Origin: the human T2T-CHM13v2.0 reference genome, Homo sapiens
Reading direction: 5' to 3' (one strand)
NCBI RefSeq assembly: GCF_009914755.1
Contig: NC_060929.1
Length of the DNA: 64,000 nucleotides
A program made the position numbers and the translations under genes. A model generated the notes under the pieces. The model ran no database searches. It was not told the origin of the DNA and worked only from the letters and a program-made list of their open reading frames with translations. Shown here in pieces: positions 54,165 through 64,000 of this stretch; within the stretch, counting starts at the first letter, position 1, and every line of letters begins with the position of its first letter.

Positions 54165-54800
54165 CCCGGTCGGGCTATGTGTCACTCACTCGCGAGCCTG
54201 AGTGAAAGGCTCAATCTGTCTGTGTGACAGAAATAGGCCTGGCGCGCTCGGGAGGAATGCTAATCGCCCGGGCCTGGCCCGGCTTTGTGGGCCGGCTGCG
54301 ATAAGGGGGATCGGGCCCAGCCGCTCCCCACCAGGGCCCCATCCTGTCCGTGCCAGCGCGAGCCCTTGGCCTTGGGCTTGTCGGCCTATTTCACTAGGAA
54401 AATCAGATCCGGCCACCGTGGCTAGGATGCTCGTGGCCGGGATGAGCCGGAGCTGCAGTGAAAGGAAGCCCGTTGAGTGTCTTCAGCTGATGTTATCGGC
54501 CGCTGGAGAAATGAGATATTGGCAGGGCCTGCTGAGTCCCTCGCAGCTGAGCAGGTTAATAAGGTGGGGAGGGGGGCTGCAGGCTAATTGGATTTGGCCT
54601 GGCTTGATCAACAGTGTCAGGCCTGCTGCCAGGGAAGCATACACAGTGGCTTTCTCTTTGTTTAAATTTAAGCCGGGCGAGGAAAAGTCGCACTGCTCTT
54701 GTGAAGCTGAGGGTGTGCTCCCGAAATCCCATCCTCGTGGGCCCAGGGAGTGGCCCCCAGTCGCAGAAGTGCTTGGGGGTTTCGATCCTGGGTGCATGAC
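54165..54800. promoter_or_regulatory. Orphan CpG island (candidate enhancer or lncRNA promoter)
   Basis: About 34 CpG counted by eye in ~635 bp (about 27 in the first ~380 bp), GC-rich, not repeat-derived, in a CpG-depleted background. Confidence 0.8.
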
Positions 54801-56292
54801 CTTGCAGAGCTCTACCAGTTGGTGCCCATGAAGGCACCAGAACCCAAAAGGCTAACTGGAGGTGGGAGGCAACTAAGGTACTAGGCACTGGCCTACTGGG
54901 TCCACGCAGGTCTTCTGCACTGGCCTGTCCACACAGGTCTCCCTAATGGTGCCCGGAGAGAGCTGCTTCCTCTCTACTGTTAAGGAGGGACAGTCCTCCA
55001 CTGTGCACACCTGTGCAGAAACATTTCCAATGTGTAGGAAGCAGGTGGATGGGTATCCTGTTTCTTAATCAGTCTTCACAGGCTTAGGGCTTGTCTTGAC
55101 TTTAGAGCCAGGAATATTCCACAGAATCCCACCTCGTCCCCATCATCACCCCATCATGGGAGCACCTGTGGTTTGTAACATTCCTAGAACATTGACCTTC
55201 AATTAAACGATCAAGTCCTTCCAACATTCATACAACAGCACAGTCATTGATAATTTTATCCGGGATGCATTCTTCCAGTCAAGTTTAATGTATTGAAATT
55301 GAGAGGTGAGTTCAGACTGTTTATTTTTTTTAAAAAACTTTGCATTATGTAGCTTTGTCAAATCATTTCAGGGAATATCTTCTTTATCCAGAATCTCTAA
55401 TCTAGCAGTTTGGCCTGTTCAAAGTCTTAGCCTCTGATAGTATATTATCCCTTACAGAGAAAGAGCACATTATCAAATGTGCAGGTGACAAATATCTTTT
55501 GCTAGGTACCTTGAAAATGTCCTACATCAGAAATGTTCAACTCTTAGCCAAGTAATAAAAATATAAACCAAGTTATGTAAGATTTTCCTAGTGGACACAT
55601 CAGATAATGCTGATGTTTATGATTAATATCTTATTTAGTGTCTTTTTTTTTGGCCAGCAAAATTTATCCAGGGACAATTGCAATCAGGGTACTGAACTGG
55701 ATTTTTAAAGGAGAAAAGAACAGTAGTGGGAGACTTACCCGCAAAGTGCACACTGTTTTCTTGATGTCAGTGTATATTGCTGGGAGCTCTGAGCAAGCTA
55801 ATCCCACAATCTTCCTTCTGATGGGCAATTCTCTGTCAGTTAAGAGATGCTTGCAGGAATCAGGTAGTGCTTACAATATCTGCTCTGTTCCCAGTAAAGG
55901 TGACTTGGGAATGATGCTCCGACCCAAGGCTGTGCAGGCATCCCATGCCCTCTGTTTGCGTGTCTGTGTCTACTGGGTTGCCATCAGGGTGGCAAGAAGA
56001 GCACGGGCCTTTTCTGGGCCTGCTGGGAGGCAGCAGGATGGGGAGTGGAGAGCATGGCCCAGGCACATCTAGCTAACCCCAGAATGAGTCAAGAATGAAC
56101 AAGCATAACAGGTTTCATCCCCAGACAAGTCTCTCTGACTTCTAGAAAAGGAGCCGGGGACTTGCAGAAAAGGCGCTCAGGGCATTTCCCCTGGGCAGGA
56201 GGGAGAGAAGCAGAGGGCAGGAGTGAAGTCTCCGCCAACACATGCTACTGACAAAGGGTATGAAGGGCACCTGCGCAGCAAGGAAGCCCCTC

Positions 56293-56846
56293 AATATATA
56301 TTTATAAATATATATTTTTATAATTTATAAATATATATTTATAAATATATTTACAAATATATATTTATATATATAAATATATTTATATTATATATATTTA
56401 TATTTTTATATTTATAAATTTATATTTATACATTTATGTTTTTGTATTCATAAATTTATATTTATACATTCATATTTTTATATTTATAAATTTATATTTA
56501 TACATTCATATTTTTATATTTATAAATTTATATTTATACATTTATATTTTTATATTTATAAATTTATATTTATACATTTATATTTTTATATTTATACATT
56601 TATATTTATACATTTATATTTTTATATTTATACATTTATATTTATACATTTATATTTTTATATTTATACATTTATATTTATATATAAATATATACACACA
56701 TATACACACACATACATATATACACATATACATATATACACATATATACATATATACATATATACACATATATACATATATACACATATATACATATATA
56801 CATATATACACATATATACATATATATACATATATACACACACACA
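56293..56846. repeat. Compound TA-rich simple repeat array
   Basis: TATATTTATAAATATA palindromic units, then (TTTATATTTATACA)-type units, then (CATATATA)n/(CA)n. Confidence 0.97.
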
Positions 56847-56864
56847 TTGCCTTTCAAGATATTA

Positions 56865-58440
56865 ACTCAATTAATTTACGCAAATATTTATCAATCACCT
56901 ACCATGTGTCTCAGGATACATCAGTGAACGACAGAGACTCTGATGCTCACGGGGCGTTCATCACAGCAGAAGACAATCAACACTGATTATCTATGTAATT
57001 GAAAAGTAAACTAAACAGTATATTGGCAGGTAATATGTGCCATGTATTAAAATAATTCATAGAGGGTGAGGGAAATCAATAGCTTGGGATAAATATTGCA
57101 GTTTTCAGTAGTGTGGTCAGGGTTGGCCTTACTGATAAGGTGCCCTCTGAGTAAACTTTGGGAGGAAGTGAGGGAATTAGCCACGCAGACACTGGGAGAT
57201 GGGTGTTCTCACCACAGCACCAAGGTTCTGAGGTTGGGGGGACTGAGAGTGTTCCAGTAAACAGCCGGGACTGTGTGACCAGAGCCTGTGGGATAAGTGA
57301 AGATAAATTTCCCCCCGTCAGAGCGCTGGGAGGAACCTGGCTCTCACTCTGTGTGACATGGGAGTCAGCTGCAGGGCAGTTCAGCAGAAGACGGCTGCCA
57401 TCTTGCACTTCAGGGCTCCCTTGGGCTGCTTGGTTAGCAATACACTGTAAGGGGCAATGACAGAGGCAGGGAGGCTACTGGAGGTTTGCAAGCAATGGAG
57501 GGAGAGATGACAAGTCTTTAACCGTGATGGTGACACAGGCTGTGTGACGTGTGATGTGATTTGTGCAAGGCAAAGCCACATTTCCCTGATAGATTGGGCA
57601 TGGCGGTGCAAAAAAAAAAAAAAAAAAAAGCTGTCAACACTTTGGCCTGAGGAATCAGCAGGCTGGAGTTACTATTGGCTGAGAAGGAAAATTTGCAAGA
57701 AACGCAGGTTCAAAAGGTGTGATCATGAATAGAGCTTTGGATCTGTTTTGAGATGTGCTTGTACATTATCCAAGACATTCAGTAGGTAGTCAGAAACACC
57801 AGAGGCAAGGCTGGGCGAGGATGGCAAATCTGGAAAATGTTCAGCATCTGAATGGTATTGGAAGCAATGCCAACAAGGGCACGATGGGGCTAAATAGAAA
57901 AGGGGAGAGAGGGGCTTCAAGGAGGAGACCTGTTTCCGCCACTGAGAGTCCCTTCAGAAGACAAGAGCCCCGTGGGACGGAGACTGAGCTGGAGGGTCTT
58001 CACAGTGGGAGGTGAATAAGGAGGGGGTGAAAGGGAGCTGTCCCCGGTGCCACGTACTTCTCACTGGCCAAACATAAAGACAATGCAGAATGGACAAATG
58101 GACCTAGTCTCACGCAGTCCACTGGGGACCTTTGGAAAGCAGAGCGGTGGGCAGAGCAGAGAGCACCCTTCCTTGGAGTTTTGCCGCAAAGGAAAGCAAA
58201 GAATAGAGGGGTAGCTGCTGAGGGAAGGGGTCAGGAGGGGAGATCTTGCTTTTTTTCTTTGCTTTTATCTGGAAGAAAAAATATCAAGTGCTTTAGGAAG
58301 TGATTCGGCAAAGGGAGGAAATGTGGGAGGCACGAGAGGCAGAGGGGCTGAGATGAAGACATTCCTCTCTCCTGCTGAATGTGCCTCCAGCATCTGCGTG
58401 TACACATTTGGCCTTGCAAGGGAAGGGAGGGCGCAGAGTT
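56865..58440 (-). mobile_element. L2 (L2a-like) LINE, 3' portion
   Basis: Antisense L2 3' end CAAATATTTATCAATCACCTACCATGTG, GTGGTCAGGG..GGCCTTACTGATAAGGTG, GAAGTGAGGGAATTAGCCACGCAGA. Confidence 0.8.
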
Positions 58441-59746
58441 CAAAGACTCATCCCCGTGGCCCTTTATATTTTAAGTAAGAATTGTTGGTGTGTGACTAAG
58501 ATCCTCTAAGCAGATGTTGACGCAGATGTTGACAGTTAAAGAGTTGACAGCTGGGGGGGTCTTCTCTACACCCTGACCACAAAGCAGGTGCCAGGATGCC
58601 CCCATGAGGTGCAGCCAAGAAAGAGAGAAGCAGCCTGTCAATGTCATCAGTGATCATTACAGGGCAGGAAATGGCCCTTTAAATTCACTATCAGTTGAAT
58701 TTGCAGATGTAGAAAGCTGAATTTCGTTCATGTATTCTTTTTTTCCTATAGGAAAGCATCTTGCTTATATTTAAAATTTATTGTTTAAATCCTGATTTTC
58801 AAAGGTTTTGACCACGTCATTCTTTCTCCAAAGGCAGCACTAAAAAAGAGGCTGGGAGGTAAGCTCATGAAAGCTGAGCGGCCCTGGTTGCAGGTTTGGG
58901 GAGTTGAGGATGGCTGTGGACAGCAAGACTTCCGACACTCACCCCTGCTCCCCTGGCTGGGCCCTGAGATCCCCAAAGGGTTGAACATCTCTGTCCTAGA
59001 TCATTATTGCTTGTGTTGACAGCAACCACAAAGGTTAACATTTGTTGAGCCCCAGGCATTTTATCCCACTTATCTTCCCAATGTGACAGTGGAAGAGCTC
59101 TGTGTACATGTAAGGGCCCAGCTACCTTTCTTGAGTTTCACAACAGCTTATTATGTAAAGTGCACACACTAAATTTTACACACACTTCCACAGGTATATT
59201 TCCCAACGACGGCTTGGTAAGAATCACCGCAACTCTAGCCAAGGCCACAGGGAAGTTTCCTTGTGGTGACACAGGAATCTGGAGGAGCCAGGAGCTGAGA
59301 GATCAGTGGAGTTTCATGAACTGAGGGAGATTGGCCTGGGCCCTGGGGCAAGGCATGACTTGGGAAGGTAGAGAATGAATGGAAGAGTGATCGCTGATTG
59401 TTTGGGCTCAGAGAGGCCTACCAGCCTGACTGTTGGAAAAGCACATTAGACAGATGGGATGTAGCGGCTAGAAGAGCAGGTGCCAGACGGAAAATCCACT
59501 CATGAAGTCAGAGCTACCTGTGGCACCGGTACCCTGTTGGAAGAGCCTCGCTGTTCTTCTTCTACCTGTGGTCCAACTTGGACCACACCTGAGCCCAGGG
59601 GGACCCTCAACCAGAAGACCCTCTTTGACCCTTGCCATGGGAGCAGAAAGATTAATTGTGACACCAATATTCCTCCCCCAGACCCGGGCTTTCCCCTCGG
59701 GAGAGGAGCAGAGCCTTTGCCTTAGAGACACTCAGGTGATGGCCAG

Positions 59747-60162
59747 TGCATGAGTGTCCTGTGGATGCTGTAACAAAGTGCAACAACGGAAATGTATTCC
59801 CTGGGAGTTCTGGAGGCCAGAAGTTCAAGGACCAGGCATAGTCTGCAGGGCGGGCTCCTTCTGAGGCTGTGAGGGAGAATCTGTCCTGTCTCTCTCTCTG
59901 GCTTCTGGGGGCTGCTGAGAAGGCTTGGCATTCCTTGGCTTGTCACTGTATCACCTGATCTCTGCCTCTATCCTCATGTGGCGCTCTCCTATGTGTCCCT
60001 ATCAGCTTCTACGAAGACCGCAGTCTCACCGAATTAGGGCCCTCCTAGTGCAGTACGACCTCACCTTAACTAATCACATTTGCAGTGACCCTATTACCAT
60101 AGTTCTGGGAATTAGGACTACCACATATGAATTTTTGGAGGTGTACAACTCAACTCATGACA
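59747..60162 (-). mobile_element. MLT1B/C solo LTR
   Basis: GCTGTAACAAAG...AGTTCTGGAGGCCAGAAGT...GAGGGAGAATCTGT...GACCTCACCTTAACTAAT; TSD GCCAG/GTCAG. Confidence 0.9.
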
Positions 60163-60255
60163 GTCAGCAGGAGCTCCCTCCCTTCCTTCAAACAACCCAT
60201 GGATTTAATGAACCTCTTACTCTATGGATCAAGCAATGGTCATTACTTATACCAG

Positions 60256-60455
60256 ATAATACCCATTTACCCCATGTGCTGCTAGAAGTACCTTCCAGTT
60301 TTTAACTCACTTGATCCTACTGATACGTGTATGAAGCAAGAGTGGACTTTATTTTCCACACATGGAAATGGAAGCCCAGAGAGGTTGAGTTATCCAAGGT
60401 TGCACAGTGAGGAATGCTGGGACGAGAATTCAAAAGCAGGCAAGGGCTCCATGTC
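60256..60455 (-). mobile_element. MIR
   Basis: Antisense MIR core: GGAAATGGAAGCCCAGAGAGGTTGAG..TCCAAGGTTGCACAG...GAATTCAAA. Confidence 0.7.
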
Positions 60456-61255
60456 CACGCTGCTGGGTGTCTGTCCTGAAGACACAGACACCTGAGTGCG
60501 CCTAAAGGCGCTGCCTATTCCTGCTCTGGGAAGACACTTCCCCAGCTTTCTCTGGTGCACTGAATGATGCATGAATGATGGATGTAACACTATAGTATTG
60601 CTTTGAGGTTAGTGGGTTTTTATATACTTGAGCTAATGAAAACAAATCTTGGAGTAAAATCTTTTTTTTGTTTGTTTTTTAAGGGCATTTGTCTAATTGC
60701 CTACCAGAGACGTTTTGTCTCCAAAGCAATCATGATACCAAATGTTCTGCGTCTTCCGGGTGTCTGCTACAGAAATGGAAAATCTTAAATCAAGCCTTGC
60801 TCTCTTGAAAATAAAAAGTCTATGGAATAAAATAGTCTACTGAATAAACTGTAATATTATAAAAAGTGTTCTGCAGAAAAAAAGAGCATGTTTAGTCAGG
60901 ATAAATAAAAGAAAGGAAACAATTTAAACCAAACTTTGCTTCCAATTAAAGTGTAGGTTTATTTTCAAAGAAGAAAAATTACCCCTCACCGTAAGTGTGT
61001 GTCTGAGACACAAACCTCTGATATAAAATTAGCTCTGCTTCAAATCTTTTACGTTTAATGATTTCTTCTTTTAACATTTGGATCGTTTTATTATCTTTGG
61101 ACACATATCAACATATTATAGATGCAAAAGGCCACAGCCTGGGGACAGCAGAGAGAATTTTCAACAATGTAATCACTGTCAGAGCAAATCAGTGAGGCTT
61201 TCCTCTTGAATTACTCTCAATGTGCAAAGGGACTTTCTAAGAATTTAGTGAAATC

Positions 61256-61617
61256 TGTCTTCGTCGGTTCAGGCTGCCATAACAAAATACCATTGACTGG
61301 GTGGTGGCTTAAAAAAACAGAAATTTATTTTTTCACAATTTTGGAGGCTGGGAAGTCCAAGATTAAAGTTCTGGCAGGGTCTGCTGTCTGGTGAGTGTGC
61401 TCTTCCTGGTTCATAGACGGCCACCTTCTTATGTGGTCACATGATGGAGAGAGAGAGCTCTCGCATCTCTTACTCTGAGGACAAGAATCCTGTTGGATCT
61501 GGGCCCCACCCTCATGAACACATGTAACTTTAATTACTTCATTACTCTAAATGCAGTCACATTGCTGGTTATAGCTTCAGCCTGCAAATTGTTGGGGACA
61601 TAATTCAGTCTATAGCA
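61256..61617 (-). mobile_element. MLT1A0-like solo LTR
   Basis: GGCTGCCATAACAAAATACCA...GGAGGCTGGGAAGTCCAAGAT ... ATTCAGTCTATAGCA; TSD AAATC/GAATC. Confidence 0.92.
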
Positions 61618-62361
61618 GAATCCATATAATTGTCAGAGGATCCATTTATCAATGCATGCAGCCATTTCCTCCATAGGATGTCACCTCAGGGACATCAGTT
61701 GGGAAGCATAATTTATACACAATTTTATGATGAGATCCAAACTGCCAAGAACAACAGGAGACAGCTATAGGATTTTTAGAAAGTTTCATGTGTGCCGTTA
61801 TAATTAAAGAGCTCCTAATTTTTAAATATACATTTTAAGAGGCTGATCTCTCCCTCAAACAACCCACCAATGAAGCAAACGAACACCTGGAGAAGCCTAC
61901 CTTGGAATGAGCCATGGCTTCCCTGGCACCCAGCATTCCTCTAGCTGTGGCTACCTTAACTTTCCAAAGTTTTGGCTTTCTTGAATAATCTATTCCATAT
62001 TATTGGTCGCTTTAACAGATTTTACTTATATTGTTTGTTTCTTTATATTTTATGCCAACATTTCAACTAAACATATTTCGGCACTATTGAACCCGAATAT
62101 CTACAATATAATTCCTTAGATGTAAGAATATGCTAACCACAGTACTCTGCTGTACTTTCAAAGCACTTCACAATTTACAAAAGTTTTCACAAAAGTTTTC
62201 CCAGCATAGTCCTAACTTCATACTCATGGTGGGGGAGTCCTCACTGCCATTTTTTTGGATGGGGTGATAACATAGGCAGAACGAGCAAACTGAAAGACCT
62301 ACACCGGAAGTGGGGAGTGGAGCAACCACTCCTGCTTTCGAATTCTAATTGAGCAATACAC

Positions 62362-62407
62362 TGATGTTTAGAACAAAATGTAGCTTTTCATTTTGTTCTA
62401 AACATCA
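62362..62407. repeat. Perfect 19-bp inverted repeat with 8-nt spacer
   Basis: TGATGTTTAGAACAAAATG (62362-62380), TAGCTTTT, CATTTTGTTCTAAACATCA (62389-62407). Confidence 0.97.
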
Positions 62408-63289
62408 ATGGACATTTGAGATCTATTTCTAGCACTTCACTTTTTTCAATATACAAACAAAATAATCATCTTTTTGGGAAAGTGGTAAAGAATGCAATAT
62501 TTTCCTTTTGAAATTATTGCCGTCAATGGTGCTTTGCGAATAAGCACGTGTGCCACATTGTGAAGATCTTTCCAACTCACAGAAAGTTTCTCACAAAGAT
62601 CGATTCATGATCTTAGACCCTTGGTAGCTAGAAGGAAGCAATACACAACTTGTCAATCAACGCGCCAGGGTTCATGCTGTGTGCAATCATATTTATTTTC
62701 TCTCCCTTGAAAAAGAGACACTTGTGCTGTAACAACATTCTGAGTTAAAGAGTTAAAGTAATTTGGTTTAAAATGTGTACAGGATGAAGAGGGATGGCCA
62801 GAAAATACTTTGATCCTTGATGCTGCCAAAGCTTATCTCCATGAGTAGAACAAAGTAATGGGGCCGATGGCAGAGCCACTCCTTCCTCTTAGCACGATTG
62901 CCTCAGGGACATGAGTCAACAGAAAGGTAGACTCCTCTCTAGCTTAAGTGGACAGGAGCTGGGAGTGGAGAAACAACCTAAGAGCTAAATACAGCTGGAT
63001 CCTGCTGTTTAGGGTGGACCCTCTTACCGTCCCCAGGATTAAAAACAAAACACCGGAGAACAGGGCTCCCTGTCCAGTGCTGGCCATAAGCATCAGCAGC
63101 ATCTTCTCTCTGAAGACCACAGCCATAGCGGGGAGGGAGGAAGATCAGAGCCCACAGGACATCAGCTTGAGGCAGGGATGGGGAACCAGGAAAATGATGT
63201 AGACCCTTGGTTCTCCCCGCCTCGATTAACACACAGACCTCTCACACACAGACCTCTCTCTCCTCCCCTGCAGCCTGGGAGAGATGATG

Positions 63290-63475
63290 ATTAATAGAGG
63301 GCACCCTGCATTTCACAGTGTCCAGGTGACCTTCATACCACCTGTCATTGCAGCTCCCCAAAGTGAGGCACCTCCTTTCACAAATGAGGAAACAGATCAT
63401 TGTCCCGAAGTGATTGGCCTAATGTCACACAGTTGGTAAAATACAAAACTCAAACCCAGGTGTTACGACTCCACC
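63290..63475 (-). mobile_element. MIR
   Basis: TTTCACAAATGAGGAAACAGA...GTCACACAG...CTCAAACCCAGG antisense MIR core. Confidence 0.7.
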
Positions 63476-64000
63476 TGGAGCAGCCTGCTGCCCCCAGGTC
63501 AGTCATCTGAACACAGGAGTCTCAGGTCCTCACTTAACAAATGCAGGGCTTGGCTTGTCCATCAACATCTTCAACAATAAACCAGTGGAAGGCAGAACAA
63601 AATCCTATATCCAGGCTTATGAAGATCAATCTGTTCTAAAACAACTGACTAAAACCAACAGAAGGACTCAGAGACAAGGTTCGCTCCAGGAACAAGACCC
63701 CTGGAAGGCCTTCCAGGGAAAATTTTTAACGAGTTGATTTCTCAATGCCCAAGGATCAAGCCCAAGCTAGATGACCTGGTCCACAAAGTTCTTTATGGCC
63801 TGAACTTTACCTTCTCAGCCTCATCCATGGTAATCCCCCCACTAATCCTGTGATTTCGCCATAACTGTTCAGTCATTCAACAAATCTTTCATAAGCACCT
63901 ACTATGTGCTGAGTTTCCCAAGCTGGCAATGTTCTGTGTCACTTCCTTCCAGAAATGCTGTTCCCAGAGCCTGATGGCGCTCATCCTCCCAGTCTTGGCT

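Noticed and set aside
54202-54831. 209-aa ORF as a gene
   Set aside because: Lies within the GC-rich CpG island, has a non-ATG start and an A/P/G/R-rich composition typical of chance CGI ORFs.

Overview
This is primate (very likely human or great ape) non-coding genomic DNA, intergenic or deep intronic. The evidence is AluY/S/J SINEs with target-site duplications (TSDs), THE1/MST/MLT1 MaLR LTRs, L1M, L2, MIR and CR1 relics, MER DNA transposons and a HERV-L pol fragment. I find no credible protein-coding gene, tRNA, rRNA or CRISPR array; the supplied ORFs are explained by repeats, low complexity or chance. The most informative non-repeat signals are: an orphan CpG island with developmental TF motifs (54.2-54.8 kb); a local ~315-bp direct duplication whose copies differ strongly in CpG/GC content and flank a well-formed candidate non-coding exon; further plus-strand candidate lncRNA exons; an LTR-less, frameshift-free HERV-L RNase H fragment; a perfect 19-bp hairpin; a 3x59-bp minisatellite; and a 550-bp TA-rich array. 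I see no evidence for a new biological system. Repeat subfamily names come from recalled consensus sequences and need RepeatMasker/Dfam confirmation, and I could not identify the locus.
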